From: Azolla caroliniana
Taxonomy: Eukaryota > Plantae > Polypodiophyta
Reading direction: 5' to 3'
DNA: 64,000 bases
Assembly: GCA_043228905.1 (NCBI GenBank)
Contig: JBHGNT010000020.1
Coordinates: forward strand, 12,834,001-12,898,000
The first letter of the stretch is position 1. Every line of letters begins with the position of its first letter. Both the position numbers and the translations under genes were made by a program. The notes beneath the pieces were generated by a model, which was given only the letters and a program-made list of their open reading frames with translations, did not search any database and was not told the origin of the DNA. Positions 1-11,819 of this stretch are shown here, piece after piece.

Positions 1-178
1 TACACATCTCCAATTTCGGATCAAGCTTTTGTTGCTTTCCATTGGGAATGTGTATGAATGTGATCAAGCCAAATATCCGAACGTGGGACAAGTTCAACTT
101 CTTTCCATAGAACTTTTCATGGGGGGTGAGATCCTGCACTCTGAATGTTGTGCACTGGTTCATTAGGTAGACAACCGT
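1..178 (-). mobile_element. Ty1/Copia element A, integrase C-terminal part (left of the Gypsy insertion; continues beyond the window start)
   Basis: Minus strand translates to TVVYLMNQCTT...TPHEKFYGKKLNLSHVRIFG...QKLDPK, matching Copia C at ~28300. It joins in frame to SYWAEVANT at 7705+ once the CCGT duplication is removed. Confidence 0.9.
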
Positions 179-1158
179 TGTCATGAAGATCCGTCACTAC
201 GCGCGGATCGTGAGGCGGAACCACCGGGGTTCTGGACCAGAAGGATTTAGAGTCGATACAAGCTTTGGCGAGAAAGTACTTAAGATAGATTGGGAAAGAG
301 AGAAGTTGAGATTAAACGATTGAGAAAGATCGATTGAACTTTTTTTATCTTTGGATTTAAGAAACAAGTTACACCATCAATTTGATAACGAATTCCTTCT
401 TCTTAATTTCATAATAAAAAAAACCGTGTTTTTTCTCCTCCCCCTTTCCTCTTTTATAGATGCTCTCATGCATATGATGCATGTGAGGGTACAAGACATG
501 CATAAATTGTATGTTTGCCATTTGGCGCTTAAGTATTACATGTGGTGTATGATAACCATGTCACTCATTTTAGCTCTCATGTATGAGAATTTACATGTAA
601 AAGTACAATGATAGAAATATAATTTCAACTAAATAGCATGGCTTAATGGTAAGCCAATTGACTCCTAACTTGGAGGTGCAAGGTTTGAATCCTTACTTGC
701 CCTCCTTGTATATGTAAATATGTATATATATTTATTTATCTAGTCGCCGGATACCGGCTCCATCGCCGGTCCGGTTTTGGTTGGCCAAAACCCTTTACGA
801 GTAGCTAGCCCACCTCCACTCTTAGTTCTAGTTACCTTGAACTCTCTATGCTCCACACATAGACACAAAGATAATATTTTTTGCTCCACCTTATATATGA
901 TGAGAGCTGTATTTGTCGTGCCTATGTGGGATATCTCACAATTTTCTCTTTTCCTTTCACAAACTTTATACCCTCATATCTTGACATTTAGTTGTCCGTT
1001 TCTCGTGTAATAAAGTGCATTCAAAACCTCCATCATTTTGTACTTAGATATTAAATCTATTTAAAATGTTATCTTCACAATTATTGTACTATGTGATTCA
1101 TACTCGATTTCGTACGTTTTATGGGATTTTCACACTATTGCCGAAAATCTTCACGACA
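179..1158 (-). repeat. Gypsy 3' LTR (980 bp)
   Basis: Near-identical to 6983-7704 except for ~260 bp of extra sequence (~581-853). TATA-like TATAAAAG on the minus strand near 455. Confidence 0.95.
632..701 (+). other. Degenerate tRNA-like module (Arg-CCT-like) inside the Gypsy LTR U3
   Basis: A-box TGGCTTAATGG with D-stem GCTT/AAGC; loop CTCCTAA; T-arm AAGG-TTTGAAT-CCTT (B-box-like). Acceptor and anticodon stems pair poorly, so it is not a functional tRNA. Confidence 0.6.
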
Positions 1159-1231
1159 TCCCACCCCCACCAAACCGCACGTCCTCCGGTACGTGCCAAG
1201 AAGAGAAGAAGTGAGATTTCGGCTACGATGA

Positions 1232-4200
1232 TCAATTAGATTCCTCCATGTCTTCATTTTCATCCGGTCTATTATGTTCATCGTCGAGGTAATCGAGGTC
1301 AGGATCCTTGTCTTGTCTTTTCTTGAAAAGCTTTACTCTTTTTCCCGCAATGGGTACAGCCAACCTTGATCCATCTAGTTCCGCAAGGTAGTATGTGGCA
1401 TTATCGTTGGCACTTGTCACCACATACGGCCCGAACCATCTTCTTGCGAACTTCCTTGTTGTACTGTGTTGATTGTCAAGGGTGCTGTCGTAAACCAAAA
1501 CCCAATCCCCTTCTTCAATCTTCTTGGGACGAAGTCGATGCGTGTTGTCGAACCGAACTTTGTTCTTTACTCGGGCTGCCTTCATCATCTTTCGCGCTTT
1601 TTCTAAATCTTCAGGTCTTCTTTCAAGTTGCCTTATCCGCGCCGCTAATAACTCTTCTCGGCTCATCTCGTTCTCCCACGGTATCGCTACCCATGAGGCG
1701 ATCGTCCTTTCGATGGGCATAATCGACTTTTGTCCATACATAAGCTCCGTCGGCATATACCCTGTCACCGAGCTATGTGTCGTTCTATCGGCCCACAAGG
1801 CATAGGGTAATAGTCGTGGCCAATTCCCGACTCGACCGTTGCATGCCCGTACGATGGCTTTAACGATAGGTCCATGCCCTCGCTCGATCTTCCCATTTAC
1901 TTCCAGATTGTAGGCAGTCGTGAGAGAGAGCTTCACGCCTAGTCTTTCGAAGAGCTCCGTCGCTTCGTGCGCGTCCAACTCCCCTCGGTCGGCCACTATC
2001 TTCCCTACACATCCAAATCAGCAAACAACATCTTCAAGTAGAAATTTGCAAACGGCTGAAGTCATCTTATTTGTCAAGGCTCGTCCTTCCACTTGATTTG
2101 TCAAGTCTTCCCTTGCCAGCGGTAAGTACTTCATTTGTCCCACTCCCATTGGCATCGAGACCAGATCCACCATCCATTTGAAGTGTATGGTGAGTGGGTA
2201 TGTCGGCTTTAACTCATCACGATGACGTATATTTGAATATACTTGGCAAGTTTCGCATGTGGACACGAAATGGAGTACATCTTTGTACATGCTTGGCCAC
2301 CAGTACTTCTCCTTCAACTTTTCGAACGTCGCCCATGTTCCTCTATGAACTGCCCAAGCACTCTTGTGGAATTCGGTCATCAGCGTCTCTTGCTCTTCTT
2401 TCTTTACCACCACTCGACGTGGTATTCCTATCCTTCTTTTTGGATGTCGCCAAAGGAATCCTCCCTTCAAGAAGTATCGGTAAGCTTTCTTTCGGATTCG
2501 TAGGGCCTCCTCCTTTGTCAACGAAGCATCTGCCGTCAATGTTCTTAGGAATCTACCGATGAGTAATCACTCTCCTTCGTACTCGTTCTCGTTGAAGGTG
2601 TGGAGGGTTTGCGTGTCCTGGTCTTCCGCCGACAATCGAGCCATCTTGAAAAAGTCGAGGGCGACATCTTCATCTTCCGAAACCATGTTACTTTCATTTG
2701 AAAATATTGCCCTTGACAGCATGTCAGCCATGGCATTCTTCTTCCCTGCAATGTGACGGATCTCTGGGTTTAAAGACTTGATGTAGGCGATCCACCTTAG
2801 CATAGCAAGATCTGGGGTCGCACATCCCGAGACCATTCCGAGAATTGGGAGACAATCTGTCTCTATTATCACTTCTGACCCGATCAGGTAATCTTTGTCC
2901 GTCTTCACTGCCGACACAATACCCCAAAGTTCCCGCTTGACTTGGGCATATCTTTGTTGCCGTTTGCTGAGAACCTTTGCTCCGAACCGGATGGCATATC
3001 GCGCATTATCTTCACCTTCTTGATTGATGACCCACCCGATTCCGGTTGGGCTCGTATCTACGGTCACGTAAATTGGTTTCCCTTCGGCATAGTCGGCCTT
3101 CCTTAGTGCCGGAGCTTCAAGAAACAGTTTCTTTAATCTTCACATCGCCTCTGTGTGCTCGTCTCGCCATTTGAACTTTATTCTTTTCTTTAGTAGTCCA
3201 TATAACGGTTCGGCAACATGAGCGTAGTGAGGAATCCATATATGATAAAACGCGCACGCTCCAAGGAACCTTCGAACCTCTATTTGGTTTTCGCATTCTT
3301 CTTTCATGTCTTGGATTGCGTTCACTTTGGATGGCAAGGGCTTCCGACCGTATGCTCCACACAAGTGACCTACCACCAAGATCTCCGGTTGTCCGAATGC
3401 GGATTTTTCTCCCGAAAATGTCAAATTCGCATCTTCGAGCCTTTGAAGCACCTTCTCGCAATCTTTCATATGATCCGCAACGAACTTTCTACAACCTTCC
3501 TTATCTTTCGATTCATCTTTCTCCTCATCCGAACATCCTTTTATCGGAATATCATCCAAGAATGGCATTGTGATGTCCGGAATGCAATCCTTCAATACTT
3601 TATTCATGGCATTCACCATATGAGCCACCGAGTTCATTGCGCCTTGGGGTAAGGTACACATCCGCACAAGCCTGATCGGAGTCCTCATGGTTGTAATGTC
3701 CCGACTGTCGATCGCCAATTGGAATTGGTCATATCCAGAGTAGAGATCGCCAATGGAGTAGATGGACCGGCCCGCAAACGCTTCGGCAAATTCGTCCACA
3801 CTCAGACCGATTCCGACATTTTGAATTGTCACCTTGTTGACGGGTTGAAGATCTTGGATCAATTGCAATGATCCATTCTTCTTCGGCACCGTGAACCACC
3901 TATTGGAATAAGGAGCATTCGACGGTTCTAGAATTCCCATACTCACCTTCTCCTTTAAGAGCTCGATCAGCTTCGGAAGGTGTGCTCTCGGAACCGGTAT
4001 CGGTTTCAAATTCCAAGGCACATGAGGCACCGTGAAGATCACCATCGGCTCTATAACCTTTGGGTCGGCGCATCCGATTTCTTGTGGGAAGAATGCGAAA
4101 GCCTTCCCATGTCTCTCAAGCATATCGCGAAACATTCGCTCCTCTTCAGGGAGAAGGAAATCCTCCTTTCCAACTCGTGGCTTCCCCTTCGTCTCTTTGG

Positions 4201-4720
4201 TGAAGACATGACCTATCTTCTTCAGATCTCTTAAGCTTGGATCATTAGTGACTTCCTTCATCTTTTGCCAGCTATCTTCCGGTAGCGGAACCGCAACTGA
4301 CTTGATCTTCTTATCCACCGTTTTATATTTCATGTTGATGTCAGCTTCCTTCATCGAGATGCCACGACGGTATTCATCGATGATAGTGTACATGTTGACG
4401 GAGTTAACCGAAATCACGCGTTGGTTGTGAAGATAGCTCAAGTCCACGACGTCCTCGATTTCGCCGATGGTGTCGTTAAATGAGGCTTCTTCCATAATAT
4501 GAGTCACAAACTCTCCTTCTTCTATTATGTTCTCTTCTTTCAACATCTTCTCGAATTCTTGTATCCGGCGCTTGTGCTTCTTGTCGGGTAGTACTAGTTT
4601 ACATGCGCCACTACGTGTGACACATGTTGCTTCTCCTTGCAATCCACGCACTCTTCTTTCTTGTGGGGTCTTGTGATTGCTCGGACTATTTGTGCCCCAT
4701 GCTTCAATAGTCCGCTCTAA
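1232..4720 (-). pseudogene. Gypsy pol frame: RT - RNase H - integrase
   Basis: ORFs 3140-4651, 2567-3067, 2018-2539 and 1232-1996 share one frame, separated by single TGA stops. Motifs: SNRWFTVPKK, DLYSGYDQ, PFLDD, TVDTS, NAMADMLSR, HHCC-like HRG...CETCQ, NGKIER, WFGPY. Confidence 0.92.
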
Positions 4721-4726
4721 AAATCC
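4664..4726 (-). promoter_or_regulatory. Candidate -1 programmed ribosomal frameshift signal
   Basis: G_GAT_TTT heptamer immediately before the ORF1 TAG; 5-nt spacer; 9-bp stem CGGACTATT/AATAGTCCG; loop TGGGG complementary to downstream CCCCA. The -1 frame is open into RT. Confidence 0.75.
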
Positions 4727-6921
4727 GAGGATTCGCCTCCGAGACTATCTCGATTCCTTTCATGATTGGCTCGCACCGTTAGGAATTGGACTGATCTTTG
4801 GTTGTCAAGACTCTTTATTCGTGCGAAGGCTGCTCCATTATCGAACACTTTGGTCTCCATCCGAGATGATGTGATATAAGGTTGCCCTAGGATGACAAGA
4901 TGCGACGCCGATTCTTGTACGAAGAAGTGTTGATCCATCTCCACATCCCCGATCGTGACTTTGACATTGGGACAAGCTCCATACAAATCCTCCGTAGACT
5001 TTGTTGCCGCGCGAATCTTCCATCCGTGGTTTGTATTGATTGGCCATCTTCCTTTTTTGTAGAAGTCGGCTGACATGAGGTTGATCTCCGAGCCGTGGTC
5101 GATCAAGGCTACCACGATCTCTTTCTTCTCCCCGATCTTCACCGGCGTCTCCGTTGTCGCTCGTGCCCAATGAGGTCGAGTGTAGTGGCTGTCCACCATA
5201 TCTTCATCGATTTCGTCTCTTGCCATCGTTATGGCATTCGTTTTTGCTTTTTGCGGCTTCTCTTCTTCCTCGTCCGATTGTTGTCTCTTTCTCTTTACAA
5301 GGTCCACGATCGTGTCATGGAACTCCTTCTTGGTAATGCCAAGCAATTCCCTCAAGGACAAAGTTACGTGGCTATCAAGAACTCGTTCTTCGAGAATCTT
5401 CTTTAGGTCCATCGTCTGCTCTATGTCGGACCTTAGCTTATAGGTAGGTATAGTCCTTGTCCTTCGAGCGGGGTCTTCGACACCAACCTTCACGGGCCAA
5501 ACCGTTTCTTCAACTTATATGCTTGGCTCCCCTTTTCGGCTTGATTCTCATTCCTCCGTTTGTAAAGGTCGACTCGTCTCCGTATCGTCCTTCTTTTTCG
5601 CGTTCCTTGTTTCATGTCTTTTTGATGGGCCTTGCTCTTCTATTCTCTTTCTCTTTTCTTCGACGAACACCTCGTGGTTGTCGCACATCACCTCTGCGAG
5701 TATGGTGTTGTCGTCCACCGGATCCGACCACCCGGTTATGCTTTGCACGTTTCGGTCCGCAAGCTCTACCTCGTTCGATGTGACTTTTCCCTTCTTCTCA
5801 TATTCGAGAACGGAAGTCCAAAACTTTGCTCCCGCTCTAGCAGCTTCAGTCTTGTCTTTCCCGACTCTTATTCCGGCCAACGCAGCATAGTGCATCGCAT
5901 CCACATGAGTCGCATCGGCATCCTCCATAGATTTCTTCATTCCTCCTCTTCCGAAATTCACCCGTAGGGGTCTTCTAGTCTCGCTTGAGCAGATCATGTT
6001 GTCCTCTATGTATACGATATTTTGTCGAATCGCCTCTCGAAGGCTCGCACAATCCCTTCTCTTGTGGTCCATGCTATCACACCACACGCATATAAAGGGT
6101 TCTTTTCCTTTAGGGCCCCGACGATTCATGTTGGCTAGTGTGACCTTCTCGAACTTCTTCGCTAGCTCTTCAATGATGTCGTCATCAATCTTGTTTTCTT
6201 CCACGTTACTTTTTCTCAGCGGCTCATCTACTTTCGGCGGTCTTGCTTTCTCCGTGGTAGTCGGTCCCGTCAAGTCGGTGTCATCAACCCATTGGCGACG
6301 CTTGTCGAGCCTATTGCATGCCCGCTTCACCGCGATCCAGTCCACTACGAGCCCATCTGCTTGGGTATCATCTTCGAGAAGAGTACCCAACTCCCGTCTA
6401 TCCTTTATGTCCACGGCCTTCAAGAAGTACAAAGTCTTGTCCTCTTCAAGCAACACTTGGTCTGTATTGGGGAGACGACTAAACATCTGGTCGAATTCGT
6501 CGTACACCCTCGAGACGCTCATCTTCTTATTCTTCTTCTCTATCCACTTCATCAGGGCATGTCGAGTCATCCTCGTTGAGTCTTCAGTCACGAACTCTGC
6601 TAGTATCGTTTTCTCGAACTCGGACCATGTTGTCTTACCTTCTTGAAGCTCGATGACGCGTCTTTGGATGTTGTTGGTGACAACTCTCTTGAAGCTTACA
6701 ATTTGACGTGCCTCGGACACGTCCCTCTGATTCATCTCCCTTCTATATGCATCAAGGAACTTCGTAACGTTCCTTCCATCGAATTGGCCCTCGAGCTCCA
6801 CGACACGATCGACAGCCTTCTCCACGCTCGCGTCGTTGTCTCGAGATCTCATCATTTGCTCGACGATTAGCATCATCCTTTCGAGCTCTCCTGCTTGGTT
6901 GCTTGAGGACGCCATCTCCAA
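4717..6921 (-). pseudogene. Gypsy Gag-protease frame
   Basis: ORF 5548-6921 (FDGRNVTKFL; CVWCDSMDHKRRDC zinc knuckle) and ORF 4717-5493 (ALIDHGSEINLM protease; ILGQPY) are in the same frame, with two stops between them (5548, 5515). Confidence 0.88.
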
Positions 6922-6956
6922 GTATTAATCTCGACTTGATCCTTCCTACCGCCTCT

Positions 6957-6974
6957 TTCACGTCTGGTTCACCA
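6957..6974 (-). promoter_or_regulatory. Gypsy primer binding site, tRNA-Trp type
   Basis: Minus strand TGGTGAACCAGACGTGAA. It is complementary at 17/18 nt to the 3' end of plant cytosolic tRNA-Trp as recalled (TTCACGTCGGGTTCACCA) and lies 8 nt from the LTR. Confidence 0.75.
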
Positions 6975-6982
6975 CTTAATTA

Positions 6983-7704
6983 TGTCATGAAGATCCGTCA
7001 CTACGCGCGGATCGTGAGGCGGAACCACCGGGGTTCTGGACCGGAAAGATTTAGAGTCGATACAAGCTTTGGCGAGAAAGTACTTAAGATAGATTGGGAA
7101 AGAGAGAAGTTGAGATTAAACGATTAAGAAAGATCGATTGAACTTTTTTTATCTTTGGATTTAAGAAACAAGTTACACCATCAATTTGATAACGAATTCC
7201 TTCTTCTTAATTTCATAATAAAAAAAACCGTGTTTTTTCTCCTCCCCCCTTCCTCTTTTATAGATGCTCTCATGCATATGATGCATGTGAGGGTACAAGA
7301 CATGCATAAATTGTATGTTTGCCATTTGGCGCTTAAGTATTACATGTGGTGCATGATAACCATGTCACTCATTTTAGCTCTCATACATGTAAATTCTCAC
7401 ACACATAGACACAAAGATAATATCTTTTGCTCCACCTTATATATGATGAGAGCTGTATTTGTCGTGCCTATGTGGGATATCTCACAATTTTCTCTTTTCC
7501 TTTCACAAACTTTATACCCTCATATCTTGACATTTAGTTGTCCGTTTCTCGTGTAATAAAGTGCATTCAAAACCTCCATCATTTTGTACTTAGATATTAA
7601 ATCTATTTAAAATGTTATCTTCACAATTATTGTACTATGTGATTCATACTCGATTTCGTACGTTTTATGGGATTTTCACACTATTGCCGAAAATCTTCAC
7701 GACA
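6983..7704 (-). repeat. Gypsy 5' LTR (722 bp, internally deleted)
   Basis: Direct repeat of 179-1158; begins TGTCATGAAGAT and ends ATCTTCACGACA. Confidence 0.95.
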
Positions 7705-9813
7705 CCGTGTTTGCCACCTCAGCCCAATACGATTTCGACAGGTTCTTTTCATTCATCATTACTCTTGCCACCTCCAATATATGCCGATTTTTACATTTGG
7801 CTACTCCGTTTTGTTGAGGTGTGTGTCAACATGAGAATTCTCGGCGAATTCCTTACTTTCGGAGGTATGCTATAAATTCGCCCAAGAAATATGCCTTGCT
7901 CCCATCCAATTGAAGGCATTGAACATGCCAACCGGTTGCCTTTTTCAACTTCATTCTTGAACTTTTGGAAGTGTCTGAACACTTCGCTCTTTTGCAGCAC
8001 AGGGTAAATGCAAGTATGCATGGAGAAGTCATCGATGAACGTCACATAGTAACGACAACCACCAAATGTTGCCTTCTGGACCGGTCCCCATACATCTAAA
8101 TGAACTACATCCATAATCCCTTTGCTCACGTTCCTCTCTTTCGGGAACGATTGTCGATGTTGTTTGCTGAATAGACAGGCTTCGCATACACTTACCATCT
8201 CCTTCTCAGTAAAAGTCGGGAGTCCGATGACAACTCCTTTTGACTGCATCCCTTTAAGTTTTTGGAGATTGATGTGGCCGATTCGTTTGTGCCACAATTC
8301 GATGTCAGTGTCGGCTTTCCGACCCTTGGCATACATAGCCGATTTCATCTCGTGAGAATCGAAGATGAACATTCGGCCTTCTCTTCGATCACGAGCAATA
8401 ATTCGGCCTTCCTTTTCGATGACACACCCTCCATTGTTGAACCGAACTTGCATGCCTTGTTCGACGATCTGGCCGACCGAGACCAAATTCTTCGTTATTG
8501 TCGGAACCTGCAAGACATTTTTTTATGTAGGTCTCATTCCGCTCTTTGCCAAATGGGACATTGCCTACATATTGAATGAGGTGTATTGTGTCATTCCCTG
8601 TTTCACCATAGTCGGGTTGATCAGGTTTTTGGAGCTCTTGAAACCAATCTACATGGGATGTCATGTGATTTGACGCACCCGAATCAACAAACCAAACATC
8701 TTCAGGACTAGAGGTGTTGGTCGAGCACGATTCCGTCATCGAGTTCGCGCTCTATCGCATCAGGAACATTCCGCCACAATTGTCGTAGTCGGAATTCGAG
8801 GCGTAATTAGTGAGTTGTTGACTTGTGAATGTTGTCTCACTTTTCTTTTTTTGACAATTTGCCTCGTAGTGGCCGAATTTGCCACAATATTCGCACTGAA
8901 TAGAGTTGTTATGTCGGTTGGGTCCCGCATGATTGCACCACCTTCTACCCGAGGCTCCGCCTCACGAGTTTGTGGCTTCTTGCCGACAGTAGAAGTTATG
9001 CTCATGGGACTGCCCTTTATTGTGTTGGCCTTGGCCGAATCGGCCTCTTCTGTCATGACCTTGTCCTCTTCCTCCATCTGAGTTCGAATAGAGCATGTGT
9101 CCCTTTTGCACATTGCTCCTCGCTTGAACATGATTCTCTTCAATTAGTAACATTGACTGAAGATCAAAGAAGGAGGGAGGATTCGCTCTCTCGAGAACGA
9201 CCGATCTTATTGCACCAAACCGAGGTGCCAAGCCTCCGAGGCATATCTGCACCATTTCATCGTCATCAATGCTGACATTTATCGATCCGAGGGCGTCGCA
9301 CAACTTCTCTGATTTTCAAGGTGTAGCTACCAATTGACATGTCCCTCTATTGAATATTGTTCAACTCCTGCCAAAGTTGAAGTTTGCGACCAACCGTAAT
9401 TGCTATGAAGATTTTCTTGAGGTTCCCCTACGTCTCCTTCGGCATTTTTGCCTCTTGAATGTAGCCGAGCATGTGGTCATGTACGCACGACGCAAGGCAG
9501 TACAAGTACAACACACTGCTAGGTAGTCGGTGTGTGTCAAGTTGGGTTGCGTTTCTTGCACTCCTTCGATGTAGCCCCAATAGCCTTGGGCGATAAGGTA
9601 TTGGTGCATCTTGTACTCCCAAGATTCAAAGTTGTTTCTGTCGAGCTTTTCGGTAGGAAGAGCGCTTCCCATCTAGGTGTTCATGTTGACTCTTCTCTAT
9701 GATATGGATTGTGCAGAGGCTACTACAACAATCGGCCGGTTCTTCGTGAACGTAGGCTTTAACGCAACACACGTGAATAGGCTTGGATCATAATACCAAT
9801 CGCTATGATACCA
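7705..9813 (-). mobile_element. Ty1/Copia element A, decayed gag-protease-integrase with Met-type PBS
   Basis: GSALPTEKLDRNNFESWEYKM, WFVDSGASNHMT, ELWHKRIGH, HLDVWGP, spread over frameshifted ORFs. PBS TGGTATCATAGC at 9802-9813. No recognisable 5' LTR. Confidence 0.9.
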
Positions 9814-9899
9814 ATCTCCAAGACTACGATGCTCTACTCCTTCCAAACTGCAGATCATCACGGAATGTTGCCTATACCACCAACAATTGTATGAATAAA

Positions 9900-11585
9900 A
9901 ACTAACAAAGTTAGCACACATCATTTCCCAAAATGATGGGAAGAGTATGCATCCATCTTATCTTATCCCATCTTCCCTAAATATAAGCATTGAATCCCAC
10001 AACCTTTTAAAATGCACTTGCTTCCTAAAAATAGCATGAGAATTCCCTGTAAAACTTTCATATTGGCCATGTAATGTATGGCCATGTAATGTATGAATGT
10101 ATTGGCCATGTAAAACAATTACTATAGAAACATTGTGAGGAACATTGTCAAAAATAATGCACATCGCGCCTTCCAAATCACCCAAATCAAGGTAGATGAA
10201 ACTGTCTTCCAAATAATATCATCCCTAATTTGCAACCTATCAATCACAAATGGTTGAACCATTTGTACAAGGGGGGAACTATATGAAAAGCTTTCACCAT
10301 ATCCTCCTTTTCATACAACAACAATTGTCCCTCTAGAATGCCCAACTTGACAACACCCCAAATGATGGCAAATGATCACACAATTAACTTGTATCAATAC
10401 CAGGAGACATAAAACTCTCTTCCATACTTGCTTAATTTTAGGACAAGACCACACAACATGCTTAATTGATTCCATCATACATCCACAACCAAACCCACAC
10501 GAATTAAAATCTATTTGTTGTAACGAGGCCCGAACAAGTAATGCATAATGCATTACCAACCAATGGAAAAACATCATCTTCTTGGGAATATTCATACTCC
10601 ATATCTAGTAAAGAGGCCCCATTTACCAACCACAAATTTGTAGCAAATGGCAGATGCAATTTCTTACTTAAGAGCAATTTTCGTCCCAACTTAACATAAT
10701 ATTGAAAAAATTAGATAAGTTTATTTTGAGATGAAGAAGAGGGGTCGTTTCCATAGATAATCTAATGGATCCCAATGCATGTCCAACAATGACTTTTTTT
10801 AAAATATCCATAACTGTCAAAATAACATACTATTAGAACTTAGAAGGAGGAGGATCTAAAACCCAAGTTTTACTTGACTTCCTAACCACTCTCATCGGAA
10901 ATTGCATTGTTGTTGGCCATATTGGAGATTCAACATCAATAATCTTCCTTCCTCAGATACATCAAAATAATAACATCCTCATTAAGATGTTATTCATTTT
11001 ACTCCTTTAATAACACCAAACGGTGTAAAGTATCCAAAACAAACATGCATAATAGAAGGTGACCAATTAGAGAGAAAAATCCCTAAAGATGACTGAATAA
11101 CATCAAACATAGAAACTAAAACCCCTACAAATGGAACCATCGATTTCAGAACTATGAAGATGAAAACGTAATTTTCCCAAGAAGCAACTATGGCAGTTAT
11201 ATCATTATCCAATGCAACCTTGGTCGAGTTCCAAACAAAAAACCTCTTTCGTAAAAAAAAATAGAATTTCAAATCAAAGGTTGTTGCAACAGTTCTTCAT
11301 TTGAAGATGGAAATCTACAGATCAATAAGAATTTAACAACATCCCATGCTCTACAAATATTGGCCGTAAAAGCATGTATCTAGCTTGTCTTAAATTTTGA
11401 CAAAAATGTCCATCTTAGAGATGACTTCCAAGGGCCACCATTAGACGGTTTAATATCAACAAAACGGTTTAAAAGAAACTCCGACCATAGACCCTAAGTA
11501 GGCAACATAGCTCTAACAACAAATTTTGCCAAAGGAGCCTTACATTGACTATTTGGATCTACTAAACCTAGACATCCATCAGCCT
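9900..11585 (-). mobile_element. Decayed L1-like LINE, 3' part of ORF2
   Basis: GCLGLVDPNSQCKAPLAKFVVRAM (~11500-11580), CGFGCGCMMESIKHVVWSC (zf-RVT-like) and TLHGQYESFTGNS resemble the LINE at 21736-23442. Boundaries are approximate. Confidence 0.75.
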
Positions 11586-11819
11586 TCTACTTAGAGTCCA
11601 AGCATCCAACAACCTTCTACTTAGAGTCCATGCATCATCACTCCACCTTCGTCACTCTCATCATTAGGATCCTCAACCATATCAAAGTTTCCTAATACAC
11701 ACAAATGATCAACGACCTGAAATGCACTATCAAACCTATTGGATCCCACATATGTAATTGGGAGTATCCAAATGCAAAAAGGCAACCTTTTTTTACCAAC
11801 TTTGTCTGCAACATGAAGT

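Larger units (their letters stand above)
179..7704 (-). mobile_element. Full-length Ty3/Gypsy LTR retrotransposon (nonsense-mutated), inserted in Copia A
   Basis: LTRs at 179-1158 and 6983-7704 (TG...CA, 12-bp terminal inverted repeat with 1 mismatch). TSD CCGT at 175-178 and 7705-7708. PPT next to 1159. Domain order Gag(CCHC)-PR-RT-RNaseH-IN. Confidence 0.95.

Noticed and set aside
351-611. Duplicated ORFs at 351 and 7155
   Set aside because: They lie within the two Gypsy LTRs; non-coding repeat.
632-701. Functional tRNA gene call
   Set aside because: Acceptor and anticodon stems do not pair well; kept only as a tRNA-derived module. The same applies to 55797-55995 and 57905-57962.
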